A stretch of 64,000 nucleotides of DNA from the IMG/VR virus record IMGVR_UViG_3300034063_000636, positions 1 to 64,000 of that record. One strand, written 5' to 3'. This DNA comes from a virus. A program made the translations under genes and the position numbers. Positions 43,609 through 53,939 of this stretch are shown piece by piece (position 1 is the stretch's first letter; the number at the start of each line of letters is the position of its first letter). Below the pieces are notes generated by a model, which was given only the letters and a program-made list of their open reading frames with translations, made no database searches and was not told the origin of the DNA.

Positions 43609-46568
43609 AATTAAGAAAGAATTTTATTGGACAAGACGGATTTCAATGGTGGATTGGCGTCGTTGAAGATCGCAATGATCCAGAAAAGATTGGAAGATGT
43701 CGTGTTCGCATCTTTGGAATACACACAGATGATACTGTTGCAATCCCAACAGAAGATTTACCATGGGCAATTCCAGTATATTCTGTCAATAACAACGAAT
43801 CATTCTCTGCACCAAAAGAAGGCGAGTATGTTGTTGGGTTTTTCCTTGATGGATCATTCGCTCAATCACCAGCCATTCTAGGAGTTCTTCCTGGAATTAA
43901 TAAACAAAATCCTCCAGATGGTCGCGGATTTGGTGACGTTAGAGATGCAAGTAAAATAAGAAACTCACCAAGAAAACCATCAGCCATTGATTATCCTGAG
44001 GCTAGAACTGGAACAGAAAATCCAGTGAGTGCGAATATTATTAATGATGGAATCGGATTATTGAAAATCATTGAGAATAGTATCAAATTGCATGTTCCAT
44101 TGTCTTTAAAAGCCAAACAGTCTCTTACAGAAAGTGATCAGAGTATGATCGGATATGATCATCAGTTTACACAACAAGAATTACGACAAGGTTATGTTTC
44201 AATCAGTTCTTTTGAGACAGTGCCAATTTATGGTATTAATGGAATTGACACTGTTATAACACCACAACAAGCAACAGCACTTCTTCGAATTGATATTAAC
44301 AACTCTATAAATCGCGCTCGAAGTTCAATTAGCGATGGTGTTTGGAACGGATTAAACGTTGCTCAAAAAGCAGGTTTGGCGTTTCATGCGTATCACATCG
44401 GTCTTAATGTGGATTTTGAGAGAATCGGTGTTCGTTCTGCAATCACTTCTGGCGACCTCGTTAGAGCAGCTCAGTTAATCAGTTCCGATAAACTCAAATC
44501 TTCAACTGGGAAATATCTGATCAGTGAAGATTCGCTGTCACATATTGCTGCTAATCTATTCAAATCAATTCCAAAGTCATCATTGGCTGAGCAAAGAAGA
44601 AATACTTTAACAAAAAGAAATCCAATCTCAGCTGCAGGGGCTGGACTTGGTGTTCAAATTCACGAATCAGATTTATCTGCAGATTCAGATGCAAAATCTC
44701 TAAAGTATCCGCTTCCAGAAGAGCAAGGCAAGCCTTCATTGAATGATTTTGCAACCTCATTAGAAAAGAGCGTTACACAAAAATTCCGAGAGCGATCTTC
44801 AATCATTGCAATTGGAGCAAATGATCAATCATGGTCAGAACCTGCCTCTCCATACATAGCTGAATATCCATATAACAAGGCTATGGAAACAGAATCTGGT
44901 CATGTGTTCGAACTTGATGATACTCCTGGAAGTGAGCGTGTTCATCTAGCGCATAGATCTGGAAGTTTTGTTGAATTTTATCCAAGTGGAACTAAAGTAG
45001 AAAAAGTCGTCAAGAGTAATTATAGAATTGTTCTCAACGATGATTATCTTTATGTTGCAGGAAAGGTTAATATTGTCTTAGAATCTAACGCTCATATTAA
45101 AGTCGTTGGTGATTGTTTCTTGCAAGTCGAGAATAATCTAGAGGCAAATGTGAGTGCAAATATGAATGTATCGGTTGGTGGCGCATTTAATATGCGAGCC
45201 AATACTCTGCACTTCGACATTGCAAATACATCGACAATCACTGCTAATAATCAATACATTTCAGTTGATGATAAACTTATTATAAATTCGAATACTTCTA
45301 ACATATCAACTGCGAATGATTTCACTCTTTACTCTAAATCAAATCAATACTTCAACGTTGCGAATACGATTCATTATAGATCTGGAAACGTGGCGATCCA
45401 ATCCTCTGGAAATATCTCAATCAACAGTGTAGGAAATGGATACTTCACTTCAAGTAATGTTCTTCACCTAAAAGGAAGTTCAACTCGAGTCACTGGATCC
45501 TCTGTTGAGATTAATGGATTGTTAAATGCTGGTGCGACCAATATGGAAGCGACAGGATATGATTCGAACGGGGATTCTCATGTTCTATCTGTAGCAGGCA
45601 GCGGAGGAATTGCTGCATTGATACCAGATCCTTCCTTAACTCGCATGCCTGCGATAGATGCAAATGGTATTGTTTACTTGTATCATGAAGATAAAACGAA
45701 CAAGGATAGAATGAGAAGAAATAGCAGTGAAGAGCAATTTGTTCTAATCGAAATCGCTGATCAGTTCCAAATTAATGTAAATCAAGTGCAAGAAGTTGTA
45801 AATGCGACATCTTATCTTGAGAAACCAATTAAATTAGGAACTCCAACTGATACACAAAAACATCTAGAACCAGATAGAATCTTTAGATTTAAAGACTCGA
45901 TAACAGAAGAAAACAATAAGTTATTAAGAGATTATCTTGCAAATCCTTATGCATATTCTTCACCATATTCAAACGTTAAGAGATTTATTGCACCACCATC
46001 AACTTCAGGCTCTGATGTGATCTTTAATGATGTTGTGGGAGAGAGTTTGATTGTGATTAATGATGGTGCGGATATATCTGCTTGGCTGAGAAAACAATTA
46101 GTTCTCGCAGCAAACGGTTATTGGAGAGAAACTGGTGTTGAAATTTCTGGTAGAATCGAACCGTCGAATCCAAATATCACTGATCTCTGGAGAAATCTCG
46201 GATTCTCTAGAGAATTTTGGAATTTGAGCGATCAATCGAGATGGGCAATCGCATTCGTCAACTTCGGATTGAAACAGAATGGCTATCGATATGTTCAGAC
46301 TCCAAATCCAAGAGATCTTGAAATTCGAATCGATGATTATCGTTTCACTCGTGTTAAGCCATCAGATGCTCAGCCTGGAGATGTTGTTTTGTGGAATAAT
46401 GACCATACCAACTTCGTTTATGAAAACATAAATGGATCTCTAACCTTTATCGGAGGATCTCAACCACCGTATAACGGTAATATCGGTGATGGTCGCATTG
46501 GTGACGTCTCTCTTGTCAGCAGCGGAGGTGCGCAAATTGTTGCAATTCTTCGTCCGTCTAAGACATAA
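43605..46568 (+). CDS. gp5: baseplate hub/puncturing protein with OB fold, degenerate lysozyme-like and degenerate CHAP-like domains
   Basis: WW.GVVEDR.DP...GR.RVRI.G.H..LPWA; YPYN...ETESGH.FE.DDTPG.ER....HRSG; beta-helix repeats. Confidence 0.9.
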   Translation: MKLRKNFIGQDGFQWWIGVVEDRNDPEKIGRCRVRIFGIHTDDTVAIPTEDLPWAIPVYSVNNNESFSAPKEGEYVVGFFLDGSFAQSPAILGVLPGINKQNPPDGRGFGDVRDASKIRNSPRKPSAIDYPEARTGTENPVSANIINDGIGLLKIIENSIKLHVPLSLKAKQSLTESDQSMIGYDHQFTQQELRQGYVSISSFETVPIYGINGIDTVITPQQATALLRIDINNSINRARSSISDGVWNGLNVAQKAGLAFHAYHIGLNVDFERIGVRSAITSGDLVRAAQLISSDKLKSSTGKYLISEDSLSHIAANLFKSIPKSSLAEQRRNTLTKRNPISAAGAGLGVQIHESDLSADSDAKSLKYPLPEEQGKPSLNDFATSLEKSVTQKFRERSSIIAIGANDQSWSEPASPYIAEYPYNKAMETESGHVFELDDTPGSERVHLAHRSGSFVEFYPSGTKVEKVVKSNYRIVLNDDYLYVAGKVNIVLESNAHIKVVGDCFLQVENNLEANVSANMNVSVGGAFNMRANTLHFDIANTSTITANNQYISVDDKLIINSNTSNISTANDFTLYSKSNQYFNVANTIHYRSGNVAIQSSGNISINSVGNGYFTSSNVLHLKGSSTRVTGSSVEINGLLNAGATNMEATGYDSNGDSHVLSVAGSGGIAALIPDPSLTRMPAIDANGIVYLYHEDKTNKDRMRRNSSEEQFVLIEIADQFQINVNQVQEVVNATSYLEKPIKLGTPTDTQKHLEPDRIFRFKDSITEENNKLLRDYLANPYAYSSPYSNVKRFIAPPSTSGSDVIFNDVVGESLIVINDGADISAWLRKQLVLAANGYWRETGVEISGRIEPSNPNITDLWRNLGFSREFWNLSDQSRWAIAFVNFGLKQNGYRYVQTPNPRDLEIRIDDYRFTRVKPSDAQPGDVVLWNNDHTNFVYENINGSLTFIGGSQPPYNGNIGDGRIGDVSLVSSGGAQIVAILRPSKT

Positions 46569-46591
46569 ATAATCATTTAGAGGACTCATAA

Positions 46592-46984
46592 ATGGCAAGA
46601 GCTGTTCGCGTTTATTCTGATCTGGATCTAAAGTTCACAAAACATCCTGTGACTGGAGATGTTGCACTCAAATTAAACGAAAACGCCATTATTGCATCGG
46701 TTAAAAACATTGTATTGACGAATAAAGGAGAACGTCGGTTTACTCCTTTATTTGGTTCCGATGTGTTTTCGCAGTTATTCGAACCTCTCGATGACATGAC
46801 TGCTATGAACATTAGAGAAGAAATCCTCACAAGTATTACAAATTTTGAGCCAAGAGTAAAAGTAGATTATGTAAGTGTATCGCCTAATTTTGATGCAGAT
46901 GGATTCGATGTTACGATTCGATTCTACTTACTAAACTCTATAAGACCAGTCACAACGGCTATATTTTTGCAAAGGTTAAGATAA
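46592..46984 (+). CDS. gp25: baseplate wedge subunit
   Basis: YSDLDL.F..HP.T.D, AI..SV.N.V.T..GER.F.P.FGS, EPRV. Confidence 0.93.
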   Translation: MARAVRVYSDLDLKFTKHPVTGDVALKLNENAIIASVKNIVLTNKGERRFTPLFGSDVFSQLFEPLDDMTAMNIREEILTSITNFEPRVKVDYVSVSPNFDADGFDVTIRFYLLNSIRPVTTAIFLQRLR

Positions 46985-46985
46985 C

Positions 46986-49061
46986 ATGGCAAATGTCGAA
47001 AGTAAACTCGTTATTTCAGAACCAGATTTCTTTACAATAAAGGCGAGTCTCAAGAACTTTTTGAAGTCTCAGAGTACGTTTGCAGATTACGACTTTGAGG
47101 GATCAACTTTATCTCAATTGATCGATCTATTGTCATATAATACTCATTACCTATCATTCTATATGAATATGATTGCAAATGAGTCGTTTTTAGATACCGC
47201 CGCACTGAGAGACTCTGTTGTTTCTCATGCGAAGATGTTAGGATACACTCCTTCTTCCATTCGCAGTGCTCAAGCAAAAATCGATTTAAGTTTCACATTG
47301 GCAAATAATCCTGGAGTTGGATCCATCACTTCGCTAACTCTTCCGAAGTTCACACGATTTGCATCATCAGCAATTGATGGCGTCAATTATATCTTCACAA
47401 ATTTAGATGAAGTCACTGTAACTAAATCAAATAATGCATTTACCTTTGCAGATCTAGAGATTTATGAAGGCAATCCTGTTTCTCAGGTTTTTGTATACAA
47501 TGAGCTGATCAATCCTCTTCAAGAATTTAAACTTCTAGATCAAAACATTGACACGTCAACTCTTGAAGTGATTGTGCAAAATTCAAGTTTAGATTTAACA
47601 CAAGAAACATATACTCTTGCAACAGATTCAACAATCTTATCTCAAACAAGTAAAGTTTATTTCCTAGACGAAATCACTAATGGAAATTATAAGATTTATT
47701 TTGGAGATGATATTCTTGGAAAGAAACTTTCTGATGGAAATATCGTTATTGTTTCTTATGTCGTAAGTAAAGGCGCAGAAGCAAATAAAGCAAAAGGATT
47801 TAGATTGATGGATTCTGTTGGTGGCTTAACTGAAGGCACCATCGTCGTTGATCAAATTGCTTTGGGCGGTGCCGCTGCAGAGTCAATCGAGAAGATTAAA
47901 AATATCGCACCAAAATCATATGCCTCAAATGGCAGAGCGATAACTAAGAACGATTATATTGCATTGATTCAACAAAGATACCCTGCATTCGAATCAGTAA
48001 ACGTTTGGGGTGGTGAAGAAAATATTCCTCCAGTTTATGGTAAAGTGTTTGTTTCAGCTAAACCTGCAGCTGGATACGAAATTTCTAGAACAGAAAAAGA
48101 CTATATCATTAATACAGTTATTGATCCAATTAGTATTTTGACAGTGACGCCTGAGTTCGTTGATCCAGATTATAACTTCTTAAATTTAAATGTAAAAGTT
48201 ACATATGATCCGACTGCAACGACTTTAACTCCAGGCGAACTCTCAACTCTTGTTCGTGATAAAATTAATGGATATGCAAATACCTACTTGGATCAATTCA
48301 ATTCATACTTTAAGATCTCAAGATTAATGCATGAAATTGACATGGCACATCCATCAATTGTAAGTAATGATGTTGACGTTAAGATCGAAAAACGACTAAC
48401 ACCAATACTTGGTACATCTAGAAGTTACGTCATCAAATACTACACTGAATTAAAACGTTCAACAGGTGCTGATAGAATCAGTTCAAGCCCTGCATATACT
48501 GCATATGACAACGAAGGCATCTTGCGCGAATTCTACTTTGAAGAAGTTCCATTGTCTTCTACTGGTGTCTCTTCAGTTCAAGTTGTTCTTGGTGGTTCTG
48601 GATTAACAACCACGCCAAGACTTGACGTTATTGGTGATGGTATCGGTGCTGAACTTGAGGCTATTGTAACAAACGGAAAGATTACAGCAGTCAATGTTAA
48701 AAAGCCTGGTGCGGATTATACGACTGCAGCAATTAGAGCATATGATCAAGATAATAATTTATTGACAAATATTATCTTAAAACCAATCGTGGAAAACACG
48801 ACTGGCAGATTAAGATCTTACTATTTCGATAATAATAACATCAAAGTGATTTATTCTGATTCTGCAGGTGTGATCGACTATATTACTGGAACAATTACTC
48901 TTACGCAATTTAGCCCAATCGATGTTAGAGATAATTTTAAAATCTTGAAGTTCTATGCAACCCCAAAGAACACTCTGTTTAATTCTGCTCGAAATACAAT
49001 CATTACACTAGACATTGACAATCAATCTCAAGTTTCAATTGATATTGTTAAAGTAACCTAA
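46986..49061 (+). CDS. gp6: baseplate wedge subunit
   Basis: DF..IK..L..FL..Q..F.DYDFEGS, NESFLD.A..R.SV.S.AK.LGY.P, RA.T..DY, WGGEEN.PP.YG.V. Confidence 0.93.
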   Translation: MANVESKLVISEPDFFTIKASLKNFLKSQSTFADYDFEGSTLSQLIDLLSYNTHYLSFYMNMIANESFLDTAALRDSVVSHAKMLGYTPSSIRSAQAKIDLSFTLANNPGVGSITSLTLPKFTRFASSAIDGVNYIFTNLDEVTVTKSNNAFTFADLEIYEGNPVSQVFVYNELINPLQEFKLLDQNIDTSTLEVIVQNSSLDLTQETYTLATDSTILSQTSKVYFLDEITNGNYKIYFGDDILGKKLSDGNIVIVSYVVSKGAEANKAKGFRLMDSVGGLTEGTIVVDQIALGGAAAESIEKIKNIAPKSYASNGRAITKNDYIALIQQRYPAFESVNVWGGEENIPPVYGKVFVSAKPAAGYEISRTEKDYIINTVIDPISILTVTPEFVDPDYNFLNLNVKVTYDPTATTLTPGELSTLVRDKINGYANTYLDQFNSYFKISRLMHEIDMAHPSIVSNDVDVKIEKRLTPILGTSRSYVIKYYTELKRSTGADRISSSPAYTAYDNEGILREFYFEEVPLSSTGVSSVQVVLGGSGLTTTPRLDVIGDGIGAELEAIVTNGKITAVNVKKPGADYTTAAIRAYDQDNNLLTNIILKPIVENTTGRLRSYYFDNNNIKVIYSDSAGVIDYITGTITLTQFSPIDVRDNFKILKFYATPKNTLFNSARNTIITLDIDNQSQVSIDIVKVT

Positions 49062-49062
49062 T

Positions 49063-52000
49063 ATGTCGACATTGAATAAAGTATCAACGTTAATTGAGTC
49101 TCAACTTCCTGAGTTTATTCGCTCAGAGTTTCCCACATTTGTTGAGTTTCTACAAAAATATTATGAGTTCTTAGAGCAACCTGGAAATCCTACTTATGAA
49201 ATTAAGTTATTCCAACAAAATCATGATGTTGATTTAACTCGTGAGAGTTTGCTTTCTTATTTCAGAACAAAAGTTCTTCCTTCATTTCCAGAAGAATCTC
49301 AATTAAGCACAGAAAGAATTATTAAAAGTGCAAGAGATTTCTATGCTAAAAAAGGAACTCCTGACTCTTTTAAGTTTCTATTCCATGTTTTATATGATAA
49401 AGATCTAGAAATCTTTTTCCCAAAACTTCAGATTTTTAGAGCATCTGACGGTAAGTGGGTATTACCTCAAGCATTCCGACTAACAATATCTCCTGGCAAC
49501 CAATCAGTTGATTTGAATGCATTGAAAAATAGAAAAGGTATTGGCACAATATCTCGCGCAACTTGCATCATTGAAAGAGTTTATAGATCATATGATGCTG
49601 GCACAAATACTGAAATTTATGAGGCTTATGTTTCTGGCGTTACAAGACCATTCGTAAACGGTGAGACATTAGATATTGAATATGTTGATACTAATGGAAC
49701 AAAATTAGTTTTCACTGAAACGATTATCGGCAGTTTGTCAAATGTTCGTATTAATCCTCGAAAGAGAGGCAGAAGATATGTTACTGGCGATCCTGTCGTA
49801 ATTTACGGTGGATTGGATCCTGGTCTCACATCAAGACAAAAAGCAGTTGCATATGTTAATAACGTAACGAGCGCAAGTATTGACTCAACAACCATTGTTC
49901 GAAGAGGTTATGGTTTTAGAATCGCTCCGAATAGTTACGTTGATATTATCACTAAAAATACATCGTCTGGCGTTTATGATGGTACAGGAAACGGTTCTGG
50001 TGGTAACATTGTTGTCAGCGTCATTGACACAACATCGCCAAATGCTAACATACAACTCAGCTGGGGATTAGATGCTATTCTTCTTTCTGCTAACTTGACA
50101 TTGAACGTTGCATACGATTTACCAAACACAAATCCAGATACAACGTTCTTGGTCACGCCAGCTGGAACAACGCAAACAACTGTCAACATTGCGAATGCTC
50201 CAACAGTAAGTTCCACAAACGACTATTATAATAGTACGATACTTCGAATTCTTTCTGGAACAGCATCAAATGGATTTGGAGCAAATATCAATACTGTTGT
50301 AATCTCAGACTACTATGGTTCAAACACCATGGCTATTCTGAATGCAAACACTCCAATCGAAGGCACTGTGAATATTTCTGGTGTTGAGGTTGTTGGCAAT
50401 ACAACATATCCAAATCTCACCAATTTTATTGGTGGCACACCAGGATTTTATAATTACCTGTACTCTGGAAAGACCATTGAAATTAACGGTGAAGAAAGAG
50501 TGATTGATGTTGTCACAAATGCGAATCACTTAACAGTGACTTCTGCTTTCTCGGGTAGCGCAACGAATAAGAAATTGAATGCAAATTCAATTCTCACAAC
50601 CACACCAGATGTAACAAGTCTAGTTCAAATCAATTCTCTTGGCGATACGAAACTATACAATTCACTTGCGTTTGAAACATTTAATGTCAATCCAATATTG
50701 ACTACAGCAATTATTTCTGGTGGTGCAGATTTCGATAGCGAACCACCAGCGTCATTAAATGTAGTTGCAACGTATGAAACAGACTATTCATCTGATGGAT
50801 TTATTACGATTAATCCAGGAAGTTTCAGCACGTACAATCCAGTAAATGCTTCAATCAAATTAAGTGGTTCTGGATTCTCAACAACTGATGACTGGTATAA
50901 CGGAAGAAGATTGCTTCTTGAAAGTCAATATAGAACCATCATTGATTATGATGGTGCTTCGAAAACTGCTTTCTTAGATAGACAGTTTGAGACGAATATT
51001 AATCAGATAAACATCTTGACAAAAACCATTAGAATGGATAATCGTCCAATCATTCTCGGGATGGGAATTCTTGCCAACGTTGAGGTCATCAATGGTGGAA
51101 CTGGTTATGCAGTCAACGATGTATTAAATTTCACTGGAACTGGAGTTGGTGCTGCTGGTCGCGTTTCTGCAGTGAGTGGTGGATTCATCACGGCTATTGA
51201 ATTGACAAATCGCGGTGAGGGATATCCTATTGCTCCTAATGTTACAGTAAATGGATCTGGAACTGGTGCAATTTTAAAAGCATATTTGTTAGGTGATGGT
51301 GAAGACATCACTCCAACTGCGACGACTCTCGGAGAAATTATCGACTTTAAACTTACAAGTCGCGGCGCAGGATATATCTCAACACCAAACGTTTCCCTTA
51401 AGATTTACGATCTCTATCTTGATCCATCAAGCAACACAACGAATGTTGCCGAGATTCTCGAAAATGATGTTGTGTATCAAGGAACGCCAAGCGCCAAGAC
51501 ATTCACGGGAATTGTTGACGGGCAATGGGGATCAAATAATTTCCTTCGCGTTTATAACTACTCTGGCGCACCAGCAAATGGACAGTTGGTTGTAACAAGA
51601 GCAAATATCACTGGAAACCTTGTGAATGTTCACAATACTGGAATTAATGTTACGGCTACCGTGTTTAATGGAGTAAGTTATCCAAAAACATACGGAAATG
51701 CGAAAGCGAAAGCGAATGCAGAATTCTTGCAAGGACTGATCCGATACAACGGATATTATCTAAACAGTGACGGATTTATCAGTTCTGATAAGAGACTTCA
51801 GGATAAAGAAAGGTATCACAACTTCTCATATGAACTTGTTTCTGAAGAAAGTTTTGACACATACAAGAAAACCATTCTAGATGTGGCTCACCCTGCAGGA
51901 ACTAGACTGCTTCCAACGCACGTCATCCCAGAAGATTATAATCTAGAATTTGAATCAGATATTAGTGCTCATGAAGTTGTACTAACAACGAACAATTTAA

Positions 52001-52506
52001 TCGATAATTGCTCTGTTGCATTTGAATCGAATAACGTGATCAGTGGAGACGGAACGTTTGACACTGTTGCAAATGTGAATGATATCATTGTCATTAATTC
52101 TGCAAACACCTTCCGCGCATTCTCCAAGATTATTACTGGAATCTCTAATAATTACTCACTAAATATTGAAAGTCCTTGCATTCTTGTGGGAGAAGGTAAG
52201 GCGAAAATCAACAGCGGAAATGCAGTTGTTCAAATTGCTGGAAATACGAATCCGATCGCTCGATTTATATCGACTGGCGATCGAATTATGATCAGTGTTG
52301 ATGGAAACTTACTCACGAAAACAATTAATAGCATTTCTGGTAATGCGATCACATTGAATAGCAATACTGGAATCACTAATACAACAAACCTTACGATCGA
52401 CACATCAAATCCAAGAAACTATGGAAATCCAAATGTGCCAGCCATTGTATACTATGTTGTTCCGTCATTCAGTAATGTCGCATATGAGATCGTAAGGACG
52501 ACATGA
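49063..52506 (+). CDS. baseplate wedge initiator (gp7-like)
   Basis: Q.PEF.....P.FV.FL..YY, FY..KGT..S..FLF..LY, G.GY repeats, LQD...Y..FSY, HPAG. Confidence 0.8.
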   Translation: MSTLNKVSTLIESQLPEFIRSEFPTFVEFLQKYYEFLEQPGNPTYEIKLFQQNHDVDLTRESLLSYFRTKVLPSFPEESQLSTERIIKSARDFYAKKGTPDSFKFLFHVLYDKDLEIFFPKLQIFRASDGKWVLPQAFRLTISPGNQSVDLNALKNRKGIGTISRATCIIERVYRSYDAGTNTEIYEAYVSGVTRPFVNGETLDIEYVDTNGTKLVFTETIIGSLSNVRINPRKRGRRYVTGDPVVIYGGLDPGLTSRQKAVAYVNNVTSASIDSTTIVRRGYGFRIAPNSYVDIITKNTSSGVYDGTGNGSGGNIVVSVIDTTSPNANIQLSWGLDAILLSANLTLNVAYDLPNTNPDTTFLVTPAGTTQTTVNIANAPTVSSTNDYYNSTILRILSGTASNGFGANINTVVISDYYGSNTMAILNANTPIEGTVNISGVEVVGNTTYPNLTNFIGGTPGFYNYLYSGKTIEINGEERVIDVVTNANHLTVTSAFSGSATNKKLNANSILTTTPDVTSLVQINSLGDTKLYNSLAFETFNVNPILTTAIISGGADFDSEPPASLNVVATYETDYSSDGFITINPGSFSTYNPVNASIKLSGSGFSTTDDWYNGRRLLLESQYRTIIDYDGASKTAFLDRQFETNINQINILTKTIRMDNRPIILGMGILANVEVINGGTGYAVNDVLNFTGTGVGAAGRVSAVSGGFITAIELTNRGEGYPIAPNVTVNGSGTGAILKAYLLGDGEDITPTATTLGEIIDFKLTSRGAGYISTPNVSLKIYDLYLDPSSNTTNVAEILENDVVYQGTPSAKTFTGIVDGQWGSNNFLRVYNYSGAPANGQLVVTRANITGNLVNVHNTGINVTATVFNGVSYPKTYGNAKAKANAEFLQGLIRYNGYYLNSDGFISSDKRLQDKERYHNFSYELVSEESFDTYKKTILDVAHPAGTRLLPTHVIPEDYNLEFESDISAHEVVLTTNNLIDNCSVAFESNNVISGDGTFDTVANVNDIIVINSANTFRAFSKIITGISNNYSLNIESPCILVGEGKAKINSGNAVVQIAGNTNPIARFISTGDRIMISVDGNLLTKTINSISGNAITLNSNTGITNTTNLTIDTSNPRNYGNPNVPAIVYYVVPSFSNVAYEIVRTT

Positions 52507-52515
52507 GGACCTAAT

Positions 52516-53928
52516 ATGTCATCACTATTCACTCGAAACTTTGGAACGTTTGCAGCAACTTGCTTTGAGAATTTTATTGCAAGTAACTATGCTTATTTGT
52601 ACATAACAATTGGTCGTCCACAAGAATGGGCGAACACTTCAAACTCATCTATTCTAGATGACATCACTGTTCCAAGTCCAGTTGAATCGTCAAATGCGTT
52701 CTACAATCTCTGGAACGATATGATCGGTATGAAGAGAATCACTTCAGCCGATATGAATCTAGTTGTTCCTCGTGTTGACTGGTCTAACGGAACAACATAC
52801 GTTGAGTACACACAAGATCTAAATCTATTCGCAAAAGCCAACACAGCAAACATCGCATATGATAATAAGTTCTATGCAAGAAATACGAAAGATCAGGTGT
52901 TCAAGTGTTTGTTTAATAACGGAAACATTGCCTCCACGATTATGCCAGACATTGATCTTGGTGGCCAGCTCCCTGAGAACCCATATATTGAAACTTCCGA
53001 TGGATATAAGTGGAAATATATGTACACGATTCCATATGGATTGAAGAAGAAGTTTTTTACGAACGATTATATGCCAATCTATGTTGAGAGTAACGTGGCT
53101 GGAAGTGCTGATAACGGTCGACTTGATATTCTTAAGATTATTACAAGTGGCGCTGGATTTAACGCAAATAATAACAACAACTTCCTAAACATCGTAACTG
53201 TAAATGGCGACGGAACAGACGCCAATATTCGTGTAAATGTCTTTTCAACCGCTGCAAACGGTGGAAATATCACAGGATATACCGTCATCTCTGGTGGTAA
53301 CAACTACACCAGAGCATCTATTTCTCTTATCGACCCAAACAAGACTCCTGGAACTGCAAACGCGAATCTAATCGCAATTATCGGTCCTCCAGGTGGACAT
53401 GGATCTAACGTCGCAAGCGAACTCGGAGCTTCTGCTCTCATGATCAGCGCAACAATTGAGGGAAATGAGAACGAAACTCTTCCTGCAGTTTCAGGTGGTC
53501 AGAATAGATATAGACAAATCTCTGTTCTGAAGAATCCTCAACTCACCTCAAATACTGTAGCGACAGGAACGGTTTATAGAACGACAACTAAATATTTCTT
53601 AGCAAGTCAGGTCGGAAGTTTCCAAAATAGAGAGATTGTTTACTCTGGGTCTACTTTGGCAAATGCGAATCTAACTGCTGTCGTTGATCATTTTGACGGT
53701 GCTAACTCTGCAATATTTGTGAATAATATCGTAAACACTGCAAATATCAATGTGAGCAACTCGTTCTCAATTACTGGAGCAAATTCTGGAGCAACAGCAA
53801 CTGTGACTGCACTAGAAGGAACTACGGTTAAATTGTATTCTGGACAATTGCTCTACGTTCAGAATAGTGCATATATTACTCGAGATCCAACAGAACACCA
53901 GCAATTTAAAATTGTATTAAGGTTTTAG
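52516..53928 (+). CDS. gp8: baseplate wedge subunit
   Basis: Y..IGR...W, MIG.KRI, PR.DW, VFKCL.N, DGYKWKYMYTI, GGHGS....ELGA, YRQ....NP. Confidence 0.88.
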   Translation: MSSLFTRNFGTFAATCFENFIASNYAYLYITIGRPQEWANTSNSSILDDITVPSPVESSNAFYNLWNDMIGMKRITSADMNLVVPRVDWSNGTTYVEYTQDLNLFAKANTANIAYDNKFYARNTKDQVFKCLFNNGNIASTIMPDIDLGGQLPENPYIETSDGYKWKYMYTIPYGLKKKFFTNDYMPIYVESNVAGSADNGRLDILKIITSGAGFNANNNNNFLNIVTVNGDGTDANIRVNVFSTAANGGNITGYTVISGGNNYTRASISLIDPNKTPGTANANLIAIIGPPGGHGSNVASELGASALMISATIEGNENETLPAVSGGQNRYRQISVLKNPQLTSNTVATGTVYRTTTKYFLASQVGSFQNREIVYSGSTLANANLTAVVDHFDGANSAIFVNNIVNTANINVSNSFSITGANSGATATVTALEGTTVKLYSGQLLYVQNSAYITRDPTEHQQFKIVLRF

Positions 53929-53939
53929 GAATATAACTC

